DNA from: an uncultured Verrucomicrobiota bacterium
GTDB taxonomy: Bacteria; Auribacterota; JABMQX01
Length of the DNA stretch: 64,000 nucleotides
Assembly: GCA_964516325.1 (NCBI GenBank)
Contig: CAZFAP010000003.1
Location: 10,499 to 74,498 of the forward strand
Direction of reading: 5' to 3'
Every line of letters starts with the position of its first letter. Positions within the stretch are counted from its first letter, which is position 1. Positions 9,304-18,706 of this stretch are shown in pieces. Both the position numbers and the translations under genes were made by a program. The notes beneath the pieces are model-generated. The model did no database searches and had not been told where the DNA came from. It saw only the letters and a program-made list of their open reading frames with translations.

Positions 9304-10659
9304 GTGAAACTGAGCAGGCGTGAGTTTTTGCAGGGCATGGCGGGAATTGTGGCGGCGAGGGTTCTTTCGGGCGAGCGGGCTCATGCCTCGCCAACAGGGG
9401 GACATCGGATCGTCCGGGTGCACAATCCGCTGGCGAGCTTTTTCGACGTGCTTGACTTCGAGTTCCAGAAGAATGTCCCGGAGACGTACTACGGGAACTT
9501 CGTCAATCAGCAGATTGTGTACGAGATGTTCGATAAAGCCCTTTGTGCTTTTACCGGGGACGACGACCCGGTCCACGCGATGCGGAGGCTCGTTCCCTAC
9601 AAAGCGGGAGAGCGGGTCTTTATCAAGATTAACATGACCTGTGGGTACAATCTCTGGCGAGGGCAGTGGGAGACAATCAACTGGGATTTGCACTACAACG
9701 ACACGGATGCCATTGCGGAACCGATTAATGCCACGGTCCGGGCGCTTGTGAGGATCGGCGTGCCTCAGGAGATGATTTCCATAGCCGACGCGACGTGGTC
9801 AGAGGGGTATCCCGACTCAGAAAAGCGGACGCCTCGCCTGACGCCGAACCGGGTGGCGAAGAAGATAAAGGCGGCATTTCCGTCGGTGGTCCTGTATCGG
9901 TCGTCCTTTATGCCGGATGGGAACGGAATCACGTGGAAAAGCAACGACCCGAACGCAATTGTCAAATTCCGCGATGCTCTCATTGACCAGAGCAAACAGC
10001 GGGTTACGAGCCACCGGCTTCCCGACCAACTGATTACGGCAGATCACTTCATAAACCTGGCGATGTTGAAAAGGCACGATCAGGCGGGGATCACGGGTGC
10101 TTTCAAGAACAACTTTGGGACGATCACGAGTTGCAGTTATTTCCATGAACCGCAGTACGCGGGACAGGGAAAGCCGGGGGCGATGTTCAGCCAGGACGCC
10201 AACCCCGCGGTGGACATCTGGCTCAATCCTCATGTCGGCGCGAAGACGCGGCTGATTGTCTGCGACGGCATTTTTGGCGGCTGGAATTGGGGAATGGACC
10301 CGCCGACGGGCTGGAAATCGTTTGGCGGGCGCTCGCCGAATTGCATCCTTCTTGGCACGGACCCTGTGGCTATGGACAGCGTCATCTTCGACCACGTTAC
10401 GGAGTCCCTGCTGGAAAAGGTAAAGAGCTATCCCGGGCCGAACATGCTTGTGGATGCGGCAAAGGTGGGCTTGGGACACCATGAGTCCCGCAAAAGCCCG
10501 GCCGCCCCTTACAAAACCATTGACTACCTCGAAATCAACCAGAAACCCGACGAAGCAAAACTCCACAAGCTTGCCGAGCTGAAAAAGAAACACAAATCCG
10601 GCGGGAAAACAGCAGAGGAAATCCGGGACCTCCTGAAAGAGTCCCAAATGGTGCGATAG
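9304..10659 (+). CDS. Tat-exported DUF362-like protein
   Basis: Twin-arginine signal SRREFLQG; VFIKIN, HFINLAMLKRHDQAGITGAFKNNFG, LIVCDGI, GTDPVAMDS motifs. Confidence 0.7.
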   Translation: MKLSRREFLQGMAGIVAARVLSGERAHASPTGGHRIVRVHNPLASFFDVLDFEFQKNVPETYYGNFVNQQIVYEMFDKALCAFTGDDDPVHAMRRLVPYKAGERVFIKINMTCGYNLWRGQWETINWDLHYNDTDAIAEPINATVRALVRIGVPQEMISIADATWSEGYPDSEKRTPRLTPNRVAKKIKAAFPSVVLYRSSFMPDGNGITWKSNDPNAIVKFRDALIDQSKQRVTSHRLPDQLITADHFINLAMLKRHDQAGITGAFKNNFGTITSCSYFHEPQYAGQGKPGAMFSQDANPAVDIWLNPHVGAKTRLIVCDGIFGGWNWGMDPPTGWKSFGGRSPNCILLGTDPVAMDSVIFDHVTESLLEKVKSYPGPNMLVDAAKVGLGHHESRKSPAAPYKTIDYLEINQKPDEAKLHKLAELKKKHKSGGKTAEEIRDLLKESQMVR

Positions 10660-10920
10660 TTTTTCTCCCCCGCTCGACCCACCCGCCCAGCCCATTAGCC
10701 GTCCCGGCGAACTCGTCCCCGATAGCCGGAAAGCCCCACGGAACAGCACCCCGAACCTCTCCGTCTCATCGCTCACACCCGAAAACCCGTGCCAGACTCA
10801 ACCTGTGTCTACCGGACGCTTGCAGGATTCCCCACAAACGCTCTTGAGAACACCGGCTCTTCGTTTGGGTCTCCAGCGATGCTGTAGCCCCGGTCTGCCA
10901 TCCTGCCCCCACAGGTGCCG

Positions 10921-11454
10921 TCACTTCTTTCCGAAGGTTGCCTTTGTGAAGCGAGCTACGTCCTCGGCCGCTTGTTGGGCGCCGCCTTGGGGGACCTCCG
11001 TACGAATTATGGCCAAGAGCCCCCCCTTCCCGTCGGCGTAGCTCACCTCGTAAGTGATTGAACGCAAGCCGGCAAGGGAGCGTGAAATCAGGTTTCCATG
11101 AGCGTCCGTCACCTGCCAGTAACTCCCGGAGAGTTCAACAATACACGCGCTCAGGTAGAGCTCGGCGCTGTCCGGGGCCTTTAGAAAGCCGTTCTGCCTC
11201 AAGAAATTATCCAAGGCAGCAAGAAATTGAAGAAGCTCTATCGTGGCTGGCAGCGTCGCTTCCTTCTCCATCGCATTGGCGCAGCCTTCTGAGAACACCT
11301 TTCCTGATGAGACACAAAAAGTCGAAACCGGCAGCTTCAGGTCGGTGGAAGATAAGTCCGTACTCTTTACCACGCTGACAGTTGTGCCACAACCACCGAC
11401 CATGGTGGCCACCAATAACAACCCGATCACGCGTTGCAACGATTTTGCCTTCAT
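10921..11454 (-). CDS. Hypothetical lipoprotein
   Basis: GGAGG RBS, then MKAKSLQRVIGLLLVATMVGGC (lipobox). 177 aa. Confidence 0.65.
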   Translation of the reverse strand: MKAKSLQRVIGLLLVATMVGGCGTTVSVVKSTDLSSTDLKLPVSTFCVSSGKVFSEGCANAMEKEATLPATIELLQFLAALDNFLRQNGFLKAPDSAELYLSACIVELSGSYWQVTDAHGNLISRSLAGLRSITYEVSYADGKGGLLAIIRTEVPQGGAQQAAEDVARFTKATFGKK

Positions 11455-11868
11455 GATATGACCTCCTGTCTTGCGTTTCTTGCTTTCAGGACTCCTGACT
11501 GGACCGCTTAACCCCAAGTTGCGCTTGTTAGGGAGATATACCATTCTGTTCTGGTGAGGGCATCACTTTTGAAGCACGGCGAGACAAAAGGGTGATCGAA
11601 GAAACCGATGACAGCCGAAATGGGTTTTTGGGATCTCCTGACGAGTACAGTTGCAGAAGTAGGCGGAGGAATACTGTAGAGATTTTACCTTGAGAAAAAC
11701 GGGGCGGGCGCAGATCGGAGGGTGATTGCCGATGCCCGAATCTTTCATCTTGACCAGGAGTCGCTATGATGCCAGGACTCGACGTAGGACCCGGGTGCCG
11801 TGGTGCCGCACGGCGGGATATGTGCGGGGGCTCCGGGTAACCGGACTCCATACCGCGACCCTTTTCTC

Positions 11869-12507
11869 TCAGCTCCCAGCTTCCTCCTTGATAATTCTAC
11901 AGATGACATCAACAGCGTTGACGACCGTTTCGCCCTTGTCGTACTCTAATATAACTGACAGCACTACTTTCTCGGTTCGAGCATCTATTACTTGAAGGTA
12001 GAACGTTGAGACGACAATCTTGTCCATGAACCGAGGTGGCTTGTCTTCAGGGAAAGTAGTCTGTCGCCTTCCTTCAAAAAGTGTCCCTGCGATTACCGCA
12101 TCCAAACCTAACTTCTGCGCTATCTTGATGACATTCAGAATCACATCCTGTTGGGTCTCTTTGTCCGCTTCTGCCTGCTTTCTGATCCTGTTCAACTCCT
12201 CCACGGTCACCTCAGAAACCTTTGTTCGTTCGACAACCTCGAAATTGGCGTCTCTTAGTTTGGCGGCCAATAAATCCTCCGCAACCTGGCCAAACAGCTC
12301 AGAAGTCGACGTTATCAAGACCGCTGTTCTCTTGATCTTCCTTAGGTCCTTTTTGGAAACGTCGGGTGGTTTAATGATTCTAGCTATGTTTCTTGGCTTA
12401 GAATCAGGAAGGTCCGTCTCAGATTCGGACCCGAACGCATCCCGGCCAAAAACGCATAGCCACAACAACAAAGTCAGAGTGACCGATCGAACGTGGTGTT
12501 CAGCCAT
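11869..12507 (-). CDS. Secreted CsgG/HfaB-like domain protein
   Basis: Signal peptide; FEVVERTKVSEV...IAQKLGLDAVIAGTL...LQVIDARTEKVV is the CsgG/HfaB/LpoB-like pattern. Confidence 0.6.
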   Translation of the reverse strand: MAEHHVRSVTLTLLLWLCVFGRDAFGSESETDLPDSKPRNIARIIKPPDVSKKDLRKIKRTAVLITSTSELFGQVAEDLLAAKLRDANFEVVERTKVSEVTVEELNRIRKQAEADKETQQDVILNVIKIAQKLGLDAVIAGTLFEGRRQTTFPEDKPPRFMDKIVVSTFYLQVIDARTEKVVLSVILEYDKGETVVNAVDVICRIIKEEAGS

Positions 12508-12508
12508 G

Positions 12509-14407
12509 CTACTTCAACCTCGGTTTGCCGAAGGGGTCATAGAAGGAACTACTATGCATAAGGTTCTGATACGATGGTATTTTGGGCTGCCAAAGTTGCT
12601 GGCGGAACTGCTGCCGAAATTGCCAATCGTTCATCCGGTTCTGGATCCCGTTCAACGATGGGTACGTGTGGGGTTGCTGATACGCAGCATTATTTAGCCA
12701 CTGGCCGAACTGCCTCTGAGCATCGAGCTGTCGCTGTCCCCCTTGGTTCAAAGCATCAAATGTCTGTCTGGACAAGAGGGCATCCGTTCTCTGGTTGGTA
12801 AAAGGGTTTGTGAAGCTAACATGTGTCGGAGGGGGCGCGGCCACGGTCCGCGCGCGGAGCAACTCGTCCGAGAGCACCGTTCCCGTATTCACAAGTGAAG
12901 AGCGCAAACCACCAGTGACGTCACCCCCAGCACGGATGACTTCTACCGCGTCAAGACAGTTGCCGATGTACTGGTTCCTGAAGTAGTTATAGTTAGTAGA
13001 AAAAGTTCCTAATTCGCTCTGCTTGGTGGGAATATAGGAATCAATTGTAGCGTTAATTCCCGCAATTCGCTGGTTTATAGGCTGCCAAAAGCTCTGTTCC
13101 ACCATCGAGTGCGCCGCCCTTCTCACAACCCATCCAAGCGAGACATCGACCGACCTGTCGAAAGCGACATTTCCGCCGAGCCGCCCAATGGAGTTCCAGC
13201 TGGGTTTGTGAATGACTTCGAGAACACCGCGGCGCCACGACCAAGCCGACTGCGGCACGCTAAGCAGGTCATGCGCAAGACATATCCTGTTGGCACCCAA
13301 GGCGGCTTTCGTCGCGCCTGGTATCCATACGTCGGAGAGGACGCGCGTTTCAGTTTGGACGTAAAGCTTTGCAGCACTTATTTCGTTCTCCACGCGTCGG
13401 ATGTTATCGCGGTAGAACGACATCTGCTCTTGGCCAGATACCAGCCGAAGGGATAAACCAGCATTCTCGTTAGCCAGGTAGTTGGACAGATAGCTGTCCG
13501 TGTGAATCGTTGGCCCTCGTAACCCTTCATCACCCCGTGCGGCCATCGCGGAGGCCTCGGTGAGGGGCCGGTCCCGAAGAGTCGAGTAGGTCGGACTCGT
13601 GCTGATAGGTGACATCCATCCGAAATTCGGTGAGCCTACCCTCGGCAGTTTGTCATTAATCTTGGAGGGATCAGTCCACGTTTGTGATCCCTCCCCGACG
13701 GCAAACCAGTCTCTCAATGCTCCCGGAACGAGAGACCGATCGTTAAGGTTCAACGGCTTGTCCGGCCCCCACTTGCCGGCGAATGCTGCGGCGCCCTCGT
13801 ATCTATAAACGTCGACGGCGGACTTCCTCAAGGCCTCGTTGTACACCTCAAGTGGATGATCAAAGCACTGGGAGCTTTTTCCGAATCCGAATGCTTTGTA
13901 CGGTCCTATGACCTTCTCTGCCGCCGCCTCCTTGGCAAGCATTTCCTGTACTTCGTTCCTGATTTGCATCTTCAATTCGTGCGGCAGGTCTTTGAACGTA
14001 GTCATCTGGTCTCGATACTTCACCGGAATATTGGATTCCAACACGGAAAAATACGCGCGATTCTTGAACCTTGTGTCATCATTGTACCGTGCTGTCCGCA
14101 TCACGCCGTAATTCGCACCGTCAACCTTTCTCATTTGAAGTTCGACTGCGCTGAAACCGTACTTGTGGCGGTCCACGATCACACCAACATGCGGTATGTC
14201 ATCCGCGAGTCCGATTGTGAGCGGTGGTCCCAATATCCCTTCGCCGTGGCGCACAATTAAGTCTCCCGGTTGGGCGGTGAGACGAAAGGTACCGGCTCTT
14301 TCATCAGAGTCGGTCTCGGCACCCCGTGCGGCAAGAGCAGGACGCCCGGCCGTTAGAACAACCGCGATCGATAATACTGTCTTAATTCGCCCCGTACTCA
14401 TGTGCAT
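12509..14407 (-). CDS. Secreted protein with a putative permuted papain-like (YiiX/YebB-like) domain and Gln-rich C-terminus
   Basis: Signal peptide ending ALA; GDLIVR..PHVGVIV..AVEL..GPYK..QCFDHPLEVYNEA follows the His-before-Cys pattern. 632 aa. Confidence 0.5.
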   Translation of the reverse strand: MHMSTGRIKTVLSIAVVLTAGRPALAARGAETDSDERAGTFRLTAQPGDLIVRHGEGILGPPLTIGLADDIPHVGVIVDRHKYGFSAVELQMRKVDGANYGVMRTARYNDDTRFKNRAYFSVLESNIPVKYRDQMTTFKDLPHELKMQIRNEVQEMLAKEAAAEKVIGPYKAFGFGKSSQCFDHPLEVYNEALRKSAVDVYRYEGAAAFAGKWGPDKPLNLNDRSLVPGALRDWFAVGEGSQTWTDPSKINDKLPRVGSPNFGWMSPISTSPTYSTLRDRPLTEASAMAARGDEGLRGPTIHTDSYLSNYLANENAGLSLRLVSGQEQMSFYRDNIRRVENEISAAKLYVQTETRVLSDVWIPGATKAALGANRICLAHDLLSVPQSAWSWRRGVLEVIHKPSWNSIGRLGGNVAFDRSVDVSLGWVVRRAAHSMVEQSFWQPINQRIAGINATIDSYIPTKQSELGTFSTNYNYFRNQYIGNCLDAVEVIRAGGDVTGGLRSSLVNTGTVLSDELLRARTVAAPPPTHVSFTNPFTNQRTDALLSRQTFDALNQGGQRQLDAQRQFGQWLNNAAYQQPHTYPSLNGIQNRMNDWQFRQQFRQQLWQPKIPSYQNLMHSSSFYDPFGKPRLK

Positions 14408-14422
14408 CGCCTCCCTTCGCGA

Positions 14423-15361
14423 CTAAAAGATCGGAAAGCTATACTCAAACCCGAAAGTGTTTCTTTTGATGTCAAACCCTTCGTCCAAGTTAGCTATGAT
14501 TATTCTGGCGTCCCCCCCTCTGACAAAAGGCGGAGACTTCAGGGCGAAAGTGAGGGCCAAGTCCTCGTCGCTGTCGAACCACGTGGCTTCCCCTATTTTC
14601 GTCTCACCTATGCTGGCCGCCCTTAAGCCCACCTCGAGAAAGCTTCCTCCCAAGAGGAATCCAATCCCGCCACCGTAACCAAAGACATCGCCGGGGTCGG
14701 TATCATGCTTCTCCAGCCTAGCTGTGTAGTCGGCCATGCCAAAGACGTAAAATGAGTCAGATACATACTTCCTGGCATAGATACCTCCGGTGAAGTCCCA
14801 GGTGCCGTCTCCCAAGGAGGAATATTTGGCCATGTCCGAATTCATGTCCAGGCTCGCGATTACGCTCGGTGTTCGCTTCCCTTCGAGTAAGAGGTGGTAG
14901 TAGGCGCCTCCGTACACATCCCCGACTCCAAACTCCACGTCGGATTCCTCAAACAGCCTGGCCACCCCTTTCTCATGTTTCAATTCCACAGCACTAAATG
15001 GCACGCCAAGGTAGACCCCTGTCCTGGGGCTGAGCGCGTAAATGCCGGCCACCCTGAAAACCCCGTAAGTCTCGGAATACTCCAAGCCCAAGCTTTCCAA
15101 GTAAGCCTCTATGTGCGGGTCTAGCCCGTAGAGGCCTGTGAGTATCTGAGCGTAGGAGAGGCCGTATCCGAAACCCAAGTCAAGTCTGAATCTGTCCTTC
15201 AACACGACCTTCTCTCTCTCCGTCTGATACTCCTCACTCAGGACGATTTCTCTTTCGTAGGGAAGGCCAACATTAGGCATGACGACCAGCGTGATGGTCG
15301 CAACGAGAACCGAGGAGGCAACCCCTGCCCTCCCCCATCGATGAAAATGTGCGTGTTTCAT
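14423..15361 (-). CDS. Outer-membrane beta-barrel protein (transporter-like)
   Basis: Signal peptide, alternating aromatic/hydrophobic beta-strands, GDGTWDFTGG, C-terminal FGFEYSFPIF (terminal Phe). Confidence 0.6.
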   Translation of the reverse strand: MKHAHFHRWGRAGVASSVLVATITLVVMPNVGLPYEREIVLSEEYQTEREKVVLKDRFRLDLGFGYGLSYAQILTGLYGLDPHIEAYLESLGLEYSETYGVFRVAGIYALSPRTGVYLGVPFSAVELKHEKGVARLFEESDVEFGVGDVYGGAYYHLLLEGKRTPSVIASLDMNSDMAKYSSLGDGTWDFTGGIYARKYVSDSFYVFGMADYTARLEKHDTDPGDVFGYGGGIGFLLGGSFLEVGLRAASIGETKIGEATWFDSDEDLALTFALKSPPFVRGGDARIIIANLDEGFDIKRNTFGFEYSFPIF

Positions 15362-15442
15362 ACCGCCCTCCTTCCAGGCCGCATCTCGACATTCTCCTTG
15401 CCTCTATCGGGCATTTTATCTCGCGCAACCTAAGAAAGCAAA

Positions 15443-15460
15443 TTGACGTACAGGTGTCAA
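15443..15460. promoter_or_regulatory. Palindromic operator candidate TTGAC-N8-GTCAA
   Basis: Perfect inverted pentamers about 80 nt upstream of the beta-barrel start codon. Confidence 0.3.
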
Positions 15461-15567
15461 GAAGAAAGTGTATTGGGTGGGCTTCAGTCTTGGAGTGCTG
15501 AAGCTGCACCCCTGCCGTTGAGGGCCGGAGCACGGCTCCCCGACCCCGAAGGGCTATGCGATTCATC

Positions 15568-17028
15568 TCAGTCGCGTACCTCGAAGTGGCGGAAGTCGGC
15601 GAGGCCAGCCGTCCACTCGGCGGTCTTGTCCCCGTTGGCAGCGATGAAGTCGGCGGCTTTGAGCCCCATCACAATCGAGTGGTCCATGTTGTTGTGGAGG
15701 AATAGGCCGCCGCGGCCGATGAGGTAGAGGTTCCGCAGCCCGTCGAGAAAGCGATAAACGGTCTGGAAATTGTCCTGCCAGGCGAGGTCGTAGATGGGGT
15801 AAACGGCGGGAAGCCTCTTCGAGAAGATTCGGTCAATCTCCCTCTCGGAAGCCAACAAGCCGACCTGCTGAAGGTCGTCCTTGACGTGCCGGAGGAGTTC
15901 ACCGTCCTGCATTTTCCAGAACCGGTCTCCCACGTTGCAGAGAACCTCGACGCACAGCACGGTCTTCCCCTCGGCGCGAATCATGTGCGGACTGAACCTT
16001 TTCGGCTCGCTAATCCTTCCGAACGCATACCTCGTCTCGGGATAATAGTAGGTCTCGGATTCGCAGCAGAAATCCCTCTTGACGTCGAGGTATAGGAACC
16101 TGATTGCACGCCACTTCAGAGCTTTCGCGCTGGCTTTGACAGGCGGTGGAGGCAACGGAGCAACCAAACCCGCCAATTCGTTGAGAGGTATGGTGGAAAT
16201 TAGGAGCTCTACCGGAAGGGACACCGTGCGACCTTGATCCCGGAATATCAGTTCTCGCACTCGCTCAGGACCCACGCCGATGGTCTGAACGATAGCCCCC
16301 GTCAGCAATTCCCCGGCGGAGTTCAGAAATCGCCTCTCGAGTTCCTGAGCAATGGTCCCGATGCCATGGCGAGGGTAGTAAAAGTATTTCTTCTCCGTCT
16401 TCCTTCGCAAGACTATGTCGCGGGCGATGGCGAGGGGCTTCTTCAGAGAGACTCTGGTCTTTGCCGCATGAGCGGACAAGGTCTTGGGGTCAATTCCATA
16501 GACTTTCCAAGCGTAGGGGGAGTAGAAGAGGTCGTAGATGACCTTGCCTGCCCGTCGAGTCATGCACTCCTCATAGGAAAGGGCGGCTCCATCATCGCCT
16601 CGCCCACCGAGACGAGTTGCGAGAAAGCTCATTCCGCCGCGAAGCGCGGCGCCGAATCCCAGCGCCTTCACAAAGCCTGCGAGGTCGGGCGGATAATCCA
16701 TGTACCGTCCATTGAGGCGAAGCCTGCCCCTTCTTTCCCGAAGGACCATGTCTTCGCCCAGGAGCTCGCGGAAGAGGCTCATCGCCTCCGGCGCGAAGGT
16801 AGGGTGAATGCGGTGGGAGCCGAAATCGTAGGAGAGGTCGCCTTCGGAGAAGGTGTGAGCCATGCCGCCGGTGAAATCCTCTTGCTCCAGGAGGAGCACC
16901 CTATCGCCAAAGGACTCGGCGAGCTTCCAGGCAGCCGTCAGCCCGGCGAGTCCGGCGCCGATAACAACGATTCTGGGTTTTTCTCGTTTTTCGATTTTCA
17001 CGCTCACCCACGCAAAATACCCGGTCAT
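15568..17028 (-). CDS. FAD-dependent oxidoreductase (HemY/UDP-galactopyranose mutase-like family); start uncertain
   Basis: Rossmann GAGLAGLTAA, LLEQEDFTGGMA, DFGSHRI, C-terminal IGRGGLFLHNNMDHSI. Alternative GTG starts at 17007 and 17001. Confidence 0.8.
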   Translation of the reverse strand: MTGYFAWVSVKIEKREKPRIVVIGAGLAGLTAAWKLAESFGDRVLLLEQEDFTGGMAHTFSEGDLSYDFGSHRIHPTFAPEAMSLFRELLGEDMVLRERRGRLRLNGRYMDYPPDLAGFVKALGFGAALRGGMSFLATRLGGRGDDGAALSYEECMTRRAGKVIYDLFYSPYAWKVYGIDPKTLSAHAAKTRVSLKKPLAIARDIVLRRKTEKKYFYYPRHGIGTIAQELERRFLNSAGELLTGAIVQTIGVGPERVRELIFRDQGRTVSLPVELLISTIPLNELAGLVAPLPPPPVKASAKALKWRAIRFLYLDVKRDFCCESETYYYPETRYAFGRISEPKRFSPHMIRAEGKTVLCVEVLCNVGDRFWKMQDGELLRHVKDDLQQVGLLASEREIDRIFSKRLPAVYPIYDLAWQDNFQTVYRFLDGLRNLYLIGRGGLFLHNNMDHSIVMGLKAADFIAANGDKTAEWTAGLADFRHFEVRD

Positions 17029-17357
17029 CCCCGGGGAATTGGAGGCGAATTCTACCTGTCCCCCCGAAAGAAACAAGGTCTTTTTGGGGGGACCCGGCCC
17101 TTCCGGCTAAGCGGGGGCGGATATCCTTCTCATCGAGGGCATGAGGCTCAGTACCTCGCACGCCCCGGGAAGGGCCACGCGGCGACGTGTCAGTTTTTAG
17201 CAAAAAAGACTGCTGCGGTCAACTTTCTCGTTGCCGCAGCGGGGGTGCGGCGGCAAGGGGGAATCCGGCAAGATAGGCGCGCGAAAAAGGGCTAAGCACG
17301 CCGCGCGGCGAAAAGGTAAGATGGAATGATGATGGCGAAGGGAGAGGATCAGGCTCG

Positions 17358-17897
17358 CTACTTCCTCTTTCGGAAGAAGATGTCGGTTTGCATTCGGACG
17401 GAAAGCTTGCGGCTGGTGGTCATGGGGGAGCTGGCGGTCAGGAGTAACCTTGCTGTGACGACCTGGTTGGAAAGCGAAAACGTGAGGTCTTCGACATCGC
17501 CGAAGCGATTGAGCCGAATCTCATCTCCCGCGACGGCGGAATTGGGGTCGTACCAGACGCAGGTCCCAAGCTGGTAATACCGGGAAGTAACGTCGTCGGT
17601 GTACCAGAACGTGGGGGGGTCGTGCTTGTCAACCATGAAGGTGACCGAATGGCCGTCCGCTGGGACCAGGACTGTGCCGATGTCGGCTTCTCGGAGTCCG
17701 AACCGGCCATTCACCCCTCGGACGACCTTCTCCATGACAATTCCTGCGGTTCGTTCGAGAGCGACGTTTGTGGAACCTTCCGCCCAGGAACGGAGGGACA
17801 TGAGGTAAACGAGGGTAACGCCGCCGATGAGCATGACCGCGGCGATGAGGGGGATAATCAGTTCGACGAGGGTAAAACCGTGTTGCCGTCGCATCAT
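17358..17897 (-). CDS. Type IV minor pilin, PilW-like (set A)
   Basis: Prepilin cleavage motif QHG|FTLVE followed by a hydrophobic helix. Confidence 0.8.
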   Translation of the reverse strand: MMRRQHGFTLVELIIPLIAAVMLIGGVTLVYLMSLRSWAEGSTNVALERTAGIVMEKVVRGVNGRFGLREADIGTVLVPADGHSVTFMVDKHDPPTFWYTDDVTSRYYQLGTCVWYDPNSAVAGDEIRLNRFGDVEDLTFSLSNQVVTARLLLTASSPMTTSRKLSVRMQTDIFFRKRK

Positions 17898-17919
17898 ACC
17901 TTCCCCCGGGGAGATTCGG

Positions 17920-18369
17920 TTAGCCTCCGGCCTGAGAAGGAGAACCGGGGAAGCCAACCCACGTCGTCAAGTCGTACGACCACGGAAGGAGTCCCGCTCC
18001 AGCCGCTTTCTCTTCCCAGGAGATGGCCACGGTGATTGTGATTCCGTTGTCTTCCGGCTGGAGGGTGGTGGTGCGAGTGCAGGAGACAAAGGCCGCTGCA
18101 TCCCTTTCATCCAGATGGAGGCTGGCTTCGACAGTCGCGCCAGGCATCGCTGAGAGGTCAGCATACCGGATGGATTTAAGGTACTCGATCCGCGCTTTCG
18201 CAAGGTTCATGGCCTGAGTCCAGTGCTTGGCGCCGGTGCTGCTCAATCGCCCATTCAGGAGGGTTCCAAGGGCGCCGCTGACTGCGGTCATTCCAATCAG
18301 GCATGATACGAGCAATTCAGGAAGAGATGTTCCCTTCTTCGATCCAACTTGTGCTCGTATGTTCCACAT
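17920..18369 (-). CDS. Type IV minor pilin, PilV-like (set A)
   Basis: KKG|TSLPE prepilin motif, AMNLAKARIEYL, C-terminal ITVAISW...YDLTT. Confidence 0.75.
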   Translation of the reverse strand: MWNIRAQVGSKKGTSLPELLVSCLIGMTAVSGALGTLLNGRLSSTGAKHWTQAMNLAKARIEYLKSIRYADLSAMPGATVEASLHLDERDAAAFVSCTRTTTLQPEDNGITITVAISWEEKAAGAGLLPWSYDLTTWVGFPGSPSQAGG

Positions 18370-18506
18370 GGTTTTCTCCCTGTTAAGTGCTGATCTCTAC
18401 TCAGCGTTTATCGGAAAAATCCTCAGTTTTTTTCCTCCAGCCCGCTTGCTCCGTGCGTCCCTTCTGATCTTGTACTGCCGAGCTGGCTAATTCTGCCCCT
18501 TAAAGG

Positions 18507-18522
18507 AGCAACTTGCGTACCA
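18507..18522 (-). promoter_or_regulatory. sigma54 (-24/-12) promoter for pilV-A/pilW-A
   Basis: Minus strand TGGTACGCAAGTTGCT matches TGGYACGNNNNTTGCW with exact GG/GC spacing. Confidence 0.75.
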
Positions 18523-18571
18523 GGAGGCCGCGTTCTCACGTCCTAACCCCTGGGATGCTTCTAACGGGGCC

Positions 18572-18587
18572 TGGCAGGCAATATGCT
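18572..18587 (+). promoter_or_regulatory. sigma54 (-24/-12) promoter candidate for pilX-A
   Basis: TGGCAGGCAATATGCT: correct GG/GC spacing, two mismatches to consensus. Confidence 0.5.
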
Positions 18588-18706
18588 ATCACATCCCGTG
18601 CCAGAGCCTGTTTCGGTCGCCGGGAGATACCGGGTCAAGTCCGCTGAGAACAATTGGACAGGCTGAGAGGGTGCGGGCACGGACGGCATCGAAGAAGGGA
18701 GTCAAT

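Noticed and set aside
11528-11851. 107-aa ORF between the CsgG-like gene and the lipoprotein
   Set aside because: Pro/Arg/Ser-rich, no motif or signal; cannot be supported as coding.
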